64,000 nucleotides of DNA, taken from the NCBI GenBank assembly GCA_964016885.1, contig OZ024740.1:254758001-254822000 (forward strand), read 5' to 3'. The notes under the pieces were generated by a model, which was not told where the DNA came from, searched no databases, and saw only the letters and a program-made list of their open reading frames with translations. Both the position numbers and the translations under genes were made by a program. This stretch comes from Eledone cirrhosa (Eukaryota). Positions 1 to 13,640 of this stretch are shown here, piece after piece; the stretch's first letter is position 1, and the number at the start of each line of letters is the position of its first letter.

Positions 1-559
1 ACTGCAAAGTATAAATGAATTGAGAGAGAGACTGTGCATCAGAGGAATCAAATGCTGTGCGCAGGAGAGGAGGTTACGTTGGTATGGACTTGTGATGCGT
101 ATGAAGGATGACAGCTGCATTAAAAAGGTGCAGAGCACTAGAAGTCGATGGAAGCTGGGGGAGACCCAAGAAGACCTTTGATGAGGTGATAAAGGCCGAC
201 CTTACCCAATTGCACCTCTCAAGAGCAATGACACATGACCGTGACCTCTGGCGTCACACAGTAATACAGAAGACCCGACTCCCCACAGGAACAAGCCGAA
301 GCTGAAGCATATAGACAATGTGCCCCCACACCCTCCCACTGCAAAAAAGCACCCAGCCCACACTGTAAAGTGTAGGTGCCACGGAAAAAAGCACCCAGCA
401 CTCACTGTAAATGAGGTTGGTGTTAGGAAGAGCATTCAGCTGTAGAAATCAAGCCAGAATCAGTTCCTGTATGACCAAGACAAGGTCAGCCGACTGGACA
501 ACCCATCTAACCCATGCTAGTGTGGAAGAACGGACGTAAAACGATGATGATGATGATGA
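1..559 (+). mobile_element. RTE-clade LINE 3' fragment with 3' UTR and (GAT)n tail
   Basis: Degenerate C-terminal RTE motifs (RRLRWYG..MRM, GRPKKTFDEVIKADL); ends in gatgatgat at ~543-559; same family as 46428-48670 and 61142-61848. Confidence 0.9.
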
Positions 560-599
560 TTGTAGAGGCATGACCATCTATAATTAATTTGCTGTGGTG

Positions 600-912
600 C
601 TAACACAGTGTGATTTACAATAAAAATTGGTCGTGTTGGTGACATGAAAAAAAAAGCACCCAGTCTATTCTGTAAGGTGGTTGTGCTGGTGACAATACAA
701 AAAGTAAGGTAAACATGCTGGTGACATGACAAAAAAGCACCCAGTTCTCACTATAATGTGGTTCTTGTTAGGAAAGGCATCCAGCTGTAGAAATCAGGCC
801 AGTATACAGATCCATATGAGCAAGACATGCTCACCTGACCTGAATTGTCTCTGTGACAACCTGTCCAACCCATGCAAGTGTGGAAAAATAGGTGTTAAAT
901 AATCATGATGAT
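600..912 (+). mobile_element. Old SINE or LINE remnant sharing the RTE 3' tail
   Basis: aaaaagcacccag blocks, gttaggaaaggcatccagctgtagaaa, aacccatgcaagtgtggaaaa and a tgatgatga tail, all similar to 340-559. Confidence 0.7.
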
Positions 913-1210
913 GAAGACATGTGCTGTGTGTTGGGCCTCCAATGGTTCTAACAGAACTACAGAACAACTTATTTGTGAAATTAACATGCAATTAGTTGAG
1001 TACAGTTCTCAGGAAGATTCAACATAATACAGTGAGTAACAAGTCTTTTTTTTTTTGCAATTGAGTAGACTGGAGCAACATGAAATAAGGAACACAACAT
1101 GCTACTGGGAAACAAACTCATACCCTTGCTATCATAAGTTGAACACCCTCACCACTAAGTTACACACCTATACAATGAACCATGATACAATATATTTATA
1201 TATAATGAAC

Positions 1211-1318
1211 ATTGATGATGATGGTGATAATGATGGTAGTGGTGGTGATGAGGATAGCGATAGTGATGATTATAGTTGTGATGATGGTCATGATGATGAT
1301 AATGATGATGGTGGTAAT
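1211..1318. repeat. Degenerate (GAT/GGT)n trinucleotide repeat
   Basis: Direct reading. Confidence 0.85.
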
Positions 1319-1346
1319 TAGTATTTACACCTGTAGATAATCTTAC

Positions 1347-1406
1347 CTGGAGACCAGAAGTTATCATCTGCACAAGGAAGATAAGGTAAAGACCAACCAC
1401 ATCAAG
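1347..1406 (-). CDS. PHKB: Phosphorylase kinase regulatory subunit beta, internal exon (4th of 4 seen): LDVVGLYLIFLVQMITSGLQ
   Basis: ttttcag acceptor, gtaaga donor, 60 nt, phase 0/0; peptide matches the PHKB segment I recall as [20 protein letters not shown]. Confidence 0.9.
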
Positions 1407-2214
1407 CTGAAAAGATGAAAAGATATATAAACATTTCATCTAGATTCTATTTAATAATTTAACAATAAAAAGGTCTTTTTTTTAATGTACACATTTATTT
1501 TAGAATATACAAGTTATTTTAATTCAATGTATACAAGTTATTTTATTTTAATGTATTATGTTATATTATTTGACAAAGCTAATTATACCAAAACAAAACA
1601 CATTATTAAAGGGAACAAAAATTAAAAAACGAAATGAAAAAAAAAGAAAAAAGAAGCAACAAAAAAAGGGAGAGGTGGAGGGAGAGATACTACACCCTAG
1701 TCTGAGCAGTACCTCAGCCATGCATGCCTCATGGACAAAATGGCAAAGGCATTACCGTGAAGATCCAGTCTAGATGAGATATGTACATGCTATTATTAAT
1801 TTTTGAGAAACCACCAGCAATTTAACTTTCATATATTTATTTACAGACTGCTCTAATATGCTAGAAATAACAGCCAAATATCCACCTAATTGCACCTTAC
1901 GTTCTTACAAAAAGGAAGGACATATTGGATAATGCAGTCATAGATTTACTGTCTGAATAAAAACTGGATGGTCAAAGCTAGAACGTCTGTGATCCTATGT
2001 CTTCTGGAACAGGGATGCTCTAGGTTAAACAACAACCTAAGACAATAAGAGAACCTCAGTATAGTTTTTCAATCTACAAGAATTAGTATATATACTTGTA
2101 TATACACTGAGAAATAAGTGACAAAAAAAAAAAAAATCAATGGTAAAATGGTCAATATTTTGCCAATTTTCACAAACTTCAAAATTCTACTTAAATGAGG
2201 TGTTAAAATATTTT

Positions 2215-2380
2215 CTACATGGTTCTTAATTTGACCTGACCAGTCTCAGGGTTTGGGACAAACTTTAACTGTCTACATGGTTGTTAACTTGACCTGATGA
2301 GGCTTGGAGGTTGGAGTAAACTTTAACTGTCTACAGGGTCGTTAACTTGACCTGATAAGCCTCAGGAGTTGGGACAAACC
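2215..2380. repeat. ~3 copies of a 58-bp tandem repeat
   Basis: ctaca recurs at 2215, 2273, 2331 with shared ttaacttgacctga and aaactttaactgt. Confidence 0.85.
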
Positions 2381-2419
2381 CTAGAGTCTCCTATAAAATC
2401 AATAGCTAAACTTACTGAC

Positions 2420-2527
2420 CTGTAGGTGTCCTGATTCTTCTTTTTTAAAGACAGGGTCACCAGTGACAATATCAAACACACTGTGGAGAGCATTGATTGG
2501 ATTCTGGTCATCTTTGAATTTCTCAAT
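2420..2527 (-). CDS. PHKB: PHKB internal exon (3rd seen): IEKFKDDQNPINALHSVFDIVTGDPVFKKEESGHLQ
   Basis: aaacag acceptor, gtcagt donor, 108 nt, phase 0/0; LHSVF..TGD and GHLQ motifs of phosphorylase kinase alpha/beta subunits. Confidence 0.92.
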
Positions 2528-2767
2528 CTGTTTGGAATAGAAAGCAATAATGATAATTGAGAAATATAATTAACAGATTAGAAAACATATCAATTAGTGA
2601 ATTTTGTTCGACTTTCTCAGATGAGAAATTATTATTATTCTAAACTGACTTATCCACACAAGTGTTTTTATTTTGTTAAGCATCACATTTCAGCTGTTGT
2701 ACCCTTCCTCTAACTTCTCCCACATTCATCACCATCACTCATCTCCCCCAGTCACATTCAAATTTTC

Positions 2768-3010
2768 TCAACACCATTTTAGTCCATTTCTTTTGACAAC
2801 ATTCATCATTGGCTCTATTCTTCTCACCCAGTCATTTTCATCTTTCTTCAACACACAACCCAACCATCTCATTCCATTTCTCTTCACAACATTTATCACT
2901 ATCTCTATTCCTATCACTCCTCTCATCAAGTCACTTTCATTCTTCCTCAACATATGACCCAACCATCTCATTCTATTCCTCTTCACAATACTCCTTATTG
3001 GCTCCGATCC
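2768..3010 (-). repeat. Degenerate ~90-99 bp tandem repeat derived from an RTE C-terminal segment
   Basis: Minus strand repeats VKRNRMRWLGHMLRK / VKRNGMRWLGCVLKK / VKRNGLKW. Confidence 0.6.
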
Positions 3011-3409
3011 CATCATCTACTCATTTCCATTCTTTCCAGCCTTCTTTACTACTTCACATTCATTACCCATAACTCACTCTTATAAATCATGACACTTCTC
3101 AGACATGGAGCATATACCTTTTCCTTCTGTTCTCTCCAGCCTTCTCTGTTGTTTCACATTCATCACCTCTGTCTAGCTCCTATAAATCATCACACATACT
3201 ACAAAGACCTTTCCCTTCAGTTTCAGTGAAACTCCCCTTATTAGTACACTTCTTAGCTTCCCTGGAATTCTTTCCATGCCCATCTCCCTCTGAGTCTGAT
3301 CTACCTTCTCTATTCAATGTCTCCATCGTAACAAAACATTTATTCATACCATTCCCAAGGTTCAGTTCAAAAGGACATCATAACAACAACAATAACTGAC
3401 TTTACTTAC

Positions 3410-3518
3410 ATTTTGTGTTATGGTATTTTGGTGCATCCAACAGTAAAGTACACCGCGCATGGTCTTGATGGCATTATGGGCCAATTCCTGGCATCGGCCT
3501 TGGTCATCATCAATGTGT
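3410..3518 (-). CDS. PHKB: PHKB internal exon (2nd seen): (R)[36 protein letters not shown]
   Basis: tttttcttcccag acceptor, gtaagt donor, 109 nt, phase 2/0; IDDDxGR..EL...AIKxMRG.LYC is the beta-subunit pattern. Confidence 0.92.
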
Positions 3519-3589
3519 CTGGGAAGAAAAATTTAAATATTTACTAAATGAATCAACAGCTACAAATATAAAAGGAAGAATCAAGTCCA

Positions 3590-3740
3590 AGGTGTAGCTG
3601 TGTGATTAAGAATTTCACATTTCAAAACCATGTAGTTTAGGGTTCAATTCCACTGCATGGCAGCCTTGAGCTGAATAATACATTGGGACTGAAACTAGTC
3701 GATGGAAATTGTGCTAGGGCCTAGCATGTGTGTGTATGTG
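3590..3740 (+). mobile_element. Degraded tRNA-derived SINE
   Basis: A-box-like tagctgtgtga, B-box-like ggttcaattcc, (TG)n tail. Confidence 0.55.
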
Positions 3741-3751
3741 TATATATATTT

Positions 3752-3903
3752 CATGATCTGAGAGAGAGAAACTAGGCATAAGAGGGGTCAGCTGCAGTGT
3801 ACAGGAGAGATTGTGGAGGTTTGGAGGTTGACAGCTGGAGGTTGGAGACTATGAAAGAAGAAGATCTAGGAAAGCTTGGGGTGAAGTGATAAAAGCTGAC
3901 CTG
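3752..3903 (+). mobile_element. Degraded RTE C-terminal fragment
   Basis: Resembles 20-200 (agagagaaactaggcataagagg...gtgataaaagctgacct). Confidence 0.6.
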
Positions 3904-3918
3904 ATATAGAGGACCTAC

Positions 3919-4069
3919 CTGTATGCTTGAGAGAGACACCAAGTTGCTGCTGCACAATATATACTGTCCCGGACATGACCATGGTTAGATGCTTTGTATG
4001 TGTCAGGTGTACCACATTCTGGGTAGAGCCCAAGAGAGAGGCTTTGGTACCTGGAAATCTCAGATTTTA
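3919..4069 (-). CDS. PHKB: PHKB internal exon (1st seen): KSEISRYQSLSLGLYPECGTPDTYKASNHGHVRDSIYCAAATWCLSQAY(R)
   Basis: Long polypyrimidine tract + tgcag acceptor, gtaggt donor, 151 nt, phase 1/2; joins the next three exons in frame; YQS...GLxP and RDSIYCAAA.W.L..AYR motifs. Confidence 0.92.
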
Positions 4070-4787
4070 CTGCAAACAGAAAGAAACAGACAGAGAGGCA
4101 AACATTAGAGAGTTAAAAGCAGGGAAAAAAAAAAAAGATATTGACTTATCAGGCATTGGTTTTACTATTGCTTCAGGGTGACCCATACAAGCATGGAAAA
4201 ATAAACGTTAAAATGGTCTAGGAGGGAAGTTGGTAAATATATAGATGGGTGATAAAGTAGGGGTACAGTGACAGGGATAATAGATAAGAGGGATGGAGTT
4301 AGGACTGGTAGCCACACCTAGCTACATGGACTAGAAGGTGAGTTTATATCAGTGGGCATGTCTTTTTGTGATAATGGGGTGTTACACCTGTTAGTATATC
4401 TGCACGAACGAAGGTAAAACCCAAGTATTCACCAGACACAATTTTGAACTACTAATGAGATCACTACAATGAGACTGTATACTGACAGTTCAATGATTTC
4501 TTTGGGGGTTAGTACATTGAAAATATCATGTAACACTTCCATTGGTTCTTCATTTCTCATGACCCTTTCGCCTGCTTCCTAACTAGCCTAATTTCATACA
4601 CACTCCTTAAATTTGCTGTATAGAATACACTTTCAACGATTGACCGGCTCCACCAACTCCCTCATTGTTCTACAGGCAAGTTCAGCCACCCCTACCCCCA
4701 CACCCACTGCCATGAAAGATTTAATTGTGTTTACAAGAAATTTTAACCAATCCTTTCGACAACTATAATCTTCACAGATAAGGAATT

Positions 4788-4975
4788 ACCCCTTGAAAAG
4801 TTCGGCTATTTATTACCATGCTAAAAATTCTACTTTAGTCCAGAAATAGCCGTCAAAACGGCTTGAGCTCTGCCGTCAGGGTTAAACATTTTCCTATTAC
4901 ACATTCTACAACCCTAAGTATTGAGTACTCTGGTGCGTTATGATGCATCTGTTCCTTACCACACTTCCTTCGTTA
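4788..4975 (+). mobile_element. Old PLE-type terminal fragment with decayed hammerhead (4788-4883) and bulged hairpin (4903-4926)
   Basis: Core decayed to TTGAAAA/AAAAC, but stem II cggctattt/aaatagccg, stem III acggc/gccgt and GTC remain; same family as 18623-18817; ends in (TA)n. Confidence 0.65.
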
Positions 4976-4982
4976 TATATAC

Positions 4983-5031
<49 letters not shown>

Positions 5032-5231
5032 CATATACACATATACATATACACGGGTGTGTATGATTGTGTCTATATTAATAAAAGGAATTCCAACTTT
5101 GTCTGATTTACTCGTTTTATTTACAATCCCTTAAAATGTATAATGGTATTAGAATGAAATAGTATGGTAGAATATTAAATGTTAAGTGTTAATTGAATAA
5201 TTACTTTCATGCTTTCGCAATCTTCAGGTTG

Positions 5232-5285
<54 letters not shown>

Positions 5286-5304
5286 AATGAGATGATAGGG
5301 ACCC

Positions 5305-6445
5305 CAGTTTAGCGGCGCTTATTATAACGTCGCTTTGTTCGTTTGTAAACAAACTGAACAGCCTGAATTTATGCCATACGGTGTTAAGGCAACCACGTCA
5401 CCTTTTTGTTCAACACTGACACAGGAACGATGTACTAGTTTCAAGCTTGTTAGCTATCATCAGCACCGTTTACCCATCTGCCAGATAGTTGAACGTTCGA
5501 AAGTATATACTTTCCTTATGAAAATTAACGGCCGAGCAGCCTAATTTGCATATTGAGTGAGTTAAATCGGTCAGGCATACCGAAAACGATAAATTGAAAC
5601 AAAATGAAAACGAAATTTCATTTCTCACTCTTAGTATGGCACTTACTTAAATGTAAGTATGCATGTATACGTACATACATATATGTATACAGACGTACAG
5701 TAGCATGCACATATATATATATATATACATATATACATACATGTTGAACAAAAAGGTGACGTGGTTGCCTTAACACCGTATGGCATAAATTCAGGCTGTT
5801 CAGTTTGTTTACAAACGAACAAAGCGACGTTATAATAAGCGCCGCTAAACTGATACGTGCATATATGTATGTGTACCTGTATGCATATGTATGTATATAT
5901 GTATATATATATATATGTGCATGCTACTGTACGTTTGTATACATATATGTATGTACGTATACATGCATACTTACATTTAAGTAAGTGCCATACTAAGAGT
6001 GAGAAATGAAATTTCGTTTTCATTTTGTTTCAATTTATCGTTTTCGGTATGCCTGACCGATTTAACTCACTCAATATGCAAATTAGGCTGCTCAGCCGTT
6101 AATTTTCATAAGGAAAGTATATACTTTCGAACGTTCAACTATCTGGCAGATGGGTAAACGGTGCGATGATAGCTAACAAGCTTGAAACTAGTACATCGTT
6201 CCTGTGTCAGTGTTGAACAAAAAGGTGACGTGGTTGCCTTAACACTGTATGGCATAAATTCAGGCTGTTCAGTTTGTTTACAAACGAACAAAGCGACGTT
6301 ATAATAAGCGCCGCTAAACTGATACGTGCATATATGTATGTGTACCTGTATGCATATGTATGTATATATGTATATATATATATATATGTGCATGCTACTG
6401 TACGTCTGTATACATATATGTATGTACGTATACATGCATACTTAC

Positions 6446-6450
<5 letters not shown>
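5305..6450. mobile_element. Non-coding hammerhead-bearing element, ~469-nt unit: one minus copy (5305-5741) followed by ~1.5 tandem plus copies (5742-6450)
   Basis: tgttgaacaaaaaggtgacg at 5742 and 6211; reverse complement at ~5392-5411; no credible ORF. Confidence 0.85.
5427..5469 (-). ncRNA. Minimal type I hammerhead ribozyme
   Basis: acggtg-CUGAUGA-u-agcu-aaca-agcu-u-GAAAC-ua-GUA-caucgu; the plus-strand copy at 6158-6199 lacks U4. Confidence 0.85.
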
Positions 6451-6493
<43 letters not shown>

Positions 6494-6640
6494 ATTAGAA
6501 TACTGGAGCGTGTTTGAGTCAAACACCCTCTTCGTATTATAGAAATGACAGTAAAAGGTATAGCTCAATGCAGTTAAACAGAGCCGAAAAATTAAGAGAG
6601 TAAAACAAAGAATCCTTTAATACATCAAAAGTTTTTATTA

Positions 6641-6678
6641 GCCGACAATGTTTCGTCCTATTAAGGACTCGTCAGGGC
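6641..6678 (-). ncRNA. Minimal hammerhead ribozyme (CUGACGA core)
   Basis: gcc-CUGACGA-gucc-uuaaua-ggac-GAAAC-auu-GUC-ggc. Confidence 0.88.
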
Positions 6679-6690
6679 AATCAATTGATT

Positions 6691-6728
6691 GCCCTGATGA
6701 GTCCTTAATAGGACGAAACATTGTCGGC
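6691..6728 (+). ncRNA. Minimal hammerhead ribozyme (CUGAUGA core)
   Basis: gcc-CUGAUGA-gucc-uuaaua-ggac-GAAAC-auu-GUC-ggc; predicted cut after 6725. Confidence 0.9.
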
Positions 6729-6778
6729 TAATAAAAACTTTTGATGTATTAAAGGATTCTTTGTTTTACTCTCTTAAT

Positions 6779-7100
6779 ATATATATATATACATATATAT
6801 ATACATATATATATGTATATACATATATATATACATATATATATATGTATATACATATATATATGTATATACATATATATATATACATATATATATGTAT
6901 ATACATATATATATGTATATACATATGTATATACATATATATATATACATATATATATGTATATACATATATATATATATATATACATATATATATGTAT
7001 ATACATATATATATATACATATATATATGTATATACATATATATATATATATACATATATATACATATATATATATATATACATATATATATGTATATAC

Positions 7101-7133
<33 letters not shown>

Positions 7134-7280
7134 CATATATATATGTATATACATATATATGTATATACATATATATATATATATACATATATATATGTAT
7201 ATATACATATATATATGTATATATACATATATATATGTATATACATATATATATGTATATACATATATATATGTATATAC

Positions 7281-7329
<49 letters not shown>

Positions 7330-7514
7330 CATATATATATGTATATACATATATATATATGTATATACATATATATATGTATATACATATATATATATGT
7401 ATATACATATATATATGTATATACATATATATATATATACATATATATATATGTATATACATATATATATATATATGTATATACATATATATATACATAT
7501 ATATATGTATATAC

Positions 7515-7549
<35 letters not shown>

Positions 7550-7586
7550 CATATATATATGTATATACATATATATATGTATATAC
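6779..7586. repeat. (TA)n/TACA/TGTA compound microsatellite
   Basis: Direct reading. Confidence 0.95.
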
Positions 7587-7646
7587 ATAAAATATTAAAC
7601 AAATAATGAATAAACAATGAAACTTCCTTATATTAAACAAAAAAAG

Positions 7647-7800
7647 TTCATTATTTAACGATCGTTTCTAGGATATATATGTGTTAGAATTGGCATGCAT
7701 ATTCAACAGATCTATGTACAAAATTATACAAAATTATACAAACTATCAAGATTAAATATACATACCAACACATATATAAGCCGTCTTCAGAAATAATGAA
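7647..7800 (-). ncRNA. Hammerhead with long stem II (Naiad-type family 1)
   Basis: Near-exact reverse complement of 32048-32201. Confidence 0.8.
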
Positions 7801-8427
7801 ATATATTTATTGATAATAACAACAATTCAAAATTTCAGGTCCGTTTGGGAACAAAATTGACCAATGAAAATACAAAAGGTTTAATGCAGTTCGGTGTGTG
7901 TATATACATGTAACTACCCTTACACATATTTTACAAAAATGTATGCACAACTTGTATACGCATACCAAAAGGATGGATGCAAATACAAAATTTCAAGGTT
8001 AATGTCTCTGTAAGTTTATAATGCACAGATAAGATGCGTATAGACACATAAATATGAAATAAGTGTATACACATATTTTCATACTCACACATATCCGTAC
8101 AATCACACACACACGCGCGTATATGCATAAACATACACATAACTACGAACATACAAACACACACACACCCCCACTCACATATATATATGTGGATATAAAA
8201 TCCTAAGCACATGGATATTAATTCACTCACATAAACACTGGCACACACATTTAGATCAAGATACAGAAATTAGGTGGGAGGGGGGGAGAGGTCAGTATTC
8301 AACGGTTTGGGCAGACTGCTTAATATAGATGTATCTATAAACTAAGAAAATAAAAAATAATAAATAATAAATAAACATTAAAAAGGAAAGAAAAGAAAAA
8401 GAAAAAAGAAAAAAGAAATATATCAAG

Positions 8428-8485
<58 letters not shown>

Positions 8486-8635
8486 CATACACATATATAC
8501 ACATATATATATATATACACATATACAAACACATACATACATATACACACATCCACACTTAGAACATACATACACACACATATATAAACATATACATATA
8601 CACACATACATACATATACACACATACATATAAAT

Positions 8636-8690
<55 letters not shown>

Positions 8691-8994
8691 TACATACACA
8701 TATAATCACACATACTATATAGACACACATATATATACACACATACACGCACATATACATACACTTCCATACTTATATACATACAGATATACATATACAT
8801 ACCTATATATACACACAAATACATACAGACATACATACATACATACAGACAAATACTTACGCATCTATATATCGGTATATACATACAAACACCACTACAC
8901 TCTCACACAACTCAGACATACAAAGAAAAAGGTATATACCTATACACATATACATATACAAATAGAGAAACATATACATATATATATATATATA

Positions 8995-9028
<34 letters not shown>

Positions 9029-9220
9029 CACATATACACACATACACATACATACACATACATACATGTACACACACATAGATATATATACACACATACA
9101 CACATACACACATACATATATAGTCATACACACACATACACCTACACGAACATACACATACACATATATATATACACACACACACACACATACACACACA
9201 CACATATATATAAAAAATAA

Positions 9221-9265
<45 letters not shown>

Positions 9266-9594
9266 TGTCTATGTATGTGTGTATGTATATGTATGTACAT
9301 ACATACACATACATAGATACATACACACACATACATACATATATATATACACACATAGACATATACATACATACACACACAACATACATACACACATATA
9401 TACTCATACATAGAATTAGATATATAATCATACATACATACGCACTTACATATACTCATATATACAAATACATACGCATCCATATATGCGTATATACATA
9501 GAAACACCACTACAACCTCACCCAACTCAGACATACAAAGAAAAAGGCATATACATATACATATATACACGCATTAATAGAGATATATATACAC

Positions 9595-9628
<34 letters not shown>

Positions 9629-9842
9629 ACTTATATATATATACCCACACACACATACAACCATAAATACACATACAAACACCCACATATACATATATAT
9701 ACACATATATATATATATACACACACATAAAAAACAGACATGCACATATATATTTTTTTACACATATATATACACATATATATACATATACACACCCTCA
9801 CATATACACACATACACATAAGTTATATTATAATAATAAATA

Positions 9843-9905
<63 letters not shown>

Positions 9906-10156
9906 CGAATATAGACATATATACACACATAGATATAAATATATATATATATATACACATACATATACACACACACATATACACACTCACATATATATGT
10001 GTGCACACACACATATATACACATACACACATATACACATAAACACATATATGTGTATACATGCACACACACACATATATCCACATAGATACGAAGATAG
10101 ACATATAAATAGAGAGACATACATATATATACACACACACATATACATACATACAT

Positions 10157-10211
<55 letters not shown>

Positions 10212-12054
10212 CACATACACACATACACATACACATATATATACACATGCATATATACACATATACACATACATACACACACATATATATACACACACAA
10301 TCTTACATTCTTATTTGCATGCGCATATATGTATTTTTATATTCAGATATAAATACCCAAACATATATACACCTACCTACATATATATTCATACATACAC
10401 GCTTACAAACACAGATGATAATAGTATGGGGGAAAGGGGGGGGGGGTTGGAGAAGGGGATTATAGTAAATATATGTTTCAAGAAACATAGAATATTATCC
10501 AATGTATGTTTTTACATAGTTTCAGTGTTAGGAAATACAATAAACAAGAAATAAGGCAAAATTTATGCATTTCAAAATAAATAAGTATACCATTAATTAT
10601 ATGTTAACTAAACTAAAGATAGTTAACATATTGATTTCTAAGGTGTAAATTAGTTAGGTTTATAATATTTGAAGCAGAATTTTGAAGTTAAATAGTAGTA
10701 GAGTATTAATTATAGTATAACTAAATTAAAGTTAATAACGTTATGGTATCAATATTAGGAAATGAATTTAGTAATAGGGAAAAAACAAATAAAGTATTAC
10801 ATCGGTAGTAGAATATAAATTATAGGTTAACTAAATTAAAAATTATATATTTATTTCTATAGTATATGTTAATTAGGTATATAATAAATAAAACAGATAT
10901 TGTATTTTATCAATAGCAGAATATAATTATATGCAAATAGAAATCAAAATTAATACATATACATATACATACACATATATATATACATATATATACATAT
11001 ATATATACATATATATACATATATATACACAGATATATACCTAGTTAATATATTCTTTGCATACACATATATATATACATACACATATATATATACATAT
11101 ATATACACATATATATATACATATATATACATATATATACACAGATATATACCTAGTTAATATATTCTTTGCAATTTTTGAAAAAATATGTATATGTATA
11201 TGTGTATGTGTATGTGTGTGTGTGTGTATATGTGTATATATGTATATATATGTGTATATATATGTATATATATATGTGTATGTATATGTATATGTATATG
11301 TATTAATTTTGATTTCTATTTGCATATAATTATATTCTGCTATTGATAAAATACAATATCTGTTTTATTTATTATATACCTAATTAACATATACTATAGA
11401 AATAAATATATAATTTTTAATTTAGTTAACCTATAATTTATATTCTACTACCGATGTAATACTTTATTTGTTTTTTCCCTATTACTAAATTCATTTCCTA
11501 ATATTGATACCATAACGTTATTAACTTTAATTTAGTTATACTATAATTAATACTCTACTACTATTTAACTTCAAAATTCTGCTTCAAATATTATAAACCT
11601 AACTAATTTACACCTTAGAAATCAATATGTTAACTATCTTTAGTTTAGTTAACATATAATTAATGGTATACTTATTTATTTTGAAATGCATAAATTTTGC
11701 CTTATTTCTTGTTTATTGTATTTCCTAACACTGAAACTATGTAAAAACATACATTGGATCCAGATACGGATAATATTCTATGTTTCTTGAAACATATATT
11801 TACTATAATCCCCTTCTCCAACCCCCCCCCCCTTTCCCCCATACTATTATCATCTGTGTTTGTAAGCGTGTATGTATGAATATATATGTAGGTAGGTGTA
11901 TATATGTTTGGGTATTTATATCTGAATATAAAAATACATATATGCGCATGCAAATAAGAATGTAAGATTGTGTGTGTATATATATGTGTGTATGTATGTG
12001 TATATGTGTATATATGCATGTGTATATATATGTGTATGTGTATGTGTGTATGTG

Positions 12055-12115
<61 letters not shown>

Positions 12116-12366
12116 ATGTATGTATGTATATGTGTGTGTGTATATATATGTATGTCTCTCTATTTATATGTCTATCTTCGTATCTATGTGGATATATGTG
12201 TGTGTGTGCATGTATACACATATATGTGTTTATGTGTATATGTGTGTATGTGTATATATGTGTGTGTGCACACACATATATATGTGAGTGTGTATATGTG
12301 TGTGTGTATATGTATGTGTATATATATATATATTTATATCTATGTGTGTATATATGTCTATACTCG

Positions 12367-12416
<50 letters not shown>

Positions 12417-12750
12417 GTATTAGTTATACTATTTATGGTTATGTAAACACAAAACCTTAAGCAGTTGTAAGTATTTTACACACACCCTAAATAGTGGTAG
12501 GCAGTAATGTATTACTACCTTATTACCAGTAAGTTAAGTAGCTCAATGTAAAAACATCAGATGATTTACAGAGCAGTTATATGAAATATAAGAATCAAAG
12601 AACTGTTCAAAACATTATTGTGCTTACAGCTGTTTCCTCCAAACCGAGGTTTGGATTCTTCGGAGCAATTTATTAATGCATGGACAGTTATATGACCTCC
12701 TTTTCAGCCGAGAGACATACCAATACATTATATTTCATATATTTCATATA
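12417..12750 (-). mobile_element. Nested PLE terminal fragment with hammerhead (12621-12667) and bulged hairpin (12541-12574)
   Basis: ugcu-CCGAAGA-a-uccaaac-cucg-guuugga-g-GAAAC-agcu-GUA-agca (U4C variant); interrupts a (TA)n run of the host repeat. Confidence 0.75.
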
Positions 12751-12979
12751 TGTATATATATATATTATTTATTATTATAATATAACTTATGTGTATGTGT
12801 GTATATGTGAGGGTGTGTATATGTATATATATGTGTATATATATGTGTAAAAAAATATATATGTGCATGTCTGTTTTTTATGTGTGTGTATATATATATA
12901 TATGTGTATATATATGTATATGTGGGTGCTTGTATGTGTATTTATGGTTGTATGTGTGTGTGGGTATATATATATAAGT

Positions 12980-13011
<32 letters not shown>

Positions 13012-13342
13012 GTGTATATATATCTCTATTAATGCGTGTATATATGTATATGTATATGCCTTTTTCTTTGTATGTCTGAGTTGGGTGAGGTTGTAGTGGT
13101 GTTTCTATGTATATACGCATATATGGATGCGTATGTATTTGTATATATGAGTATATGTAAGTGCGTATGTATGTATGATTATATATCTAATTCTATGTAT
13201 GAGTATATATGTGTGTATGTATGTTGTGTGTGTATGTATGTATATGTCTATGTGTGTATATATATATGTATGTATGTGTGTGTATGTATCTATGTATGTG
13301 TATGTATGTACATATATGACGATGTATGTGTGTATGTATATG

Positions 13343-13387
<45 letters not shown>

Positions 13388-13587
13388 TTATTTTTTATAT
13401 ATATGTGTGTGTGTGTATGTGTGTGTGTGTGTGTATATATATCTTTATATATGTGTATGTGTATGTTCGTGTAGGTGTATGTGTGTGTATGCCTATATAT
13501 GTATGTGTGTATGTGTGTATGTGTGTATATATATCTATGTGTGTGTACATGTATGTATGTGTATGTATGTGTATGTGTGTATATGTG

Positions 13588-13640
<53 letters not shown>

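Larger units (their letters stand above)
6491..6778. mobile_element. Head-to-head inverted PLE terminal repeats (188-bp palindrome 6591-6778; minus arm extends to 6491)
   Basis: Palindrome centred at 6684/6685 with one mismatch; flanked by (TA)n on both sides. Confidence 0.85.

Noticed and set aside
1055-1321. Asp-rich ORF
   Set aside because: Translation of an intronic (GAT)n repeat
5544-5551. Octamer motif ATTTGCAT as a promoter element
   Set aside because: An 8-mer expected by chance here, with no supporting promoter architecture
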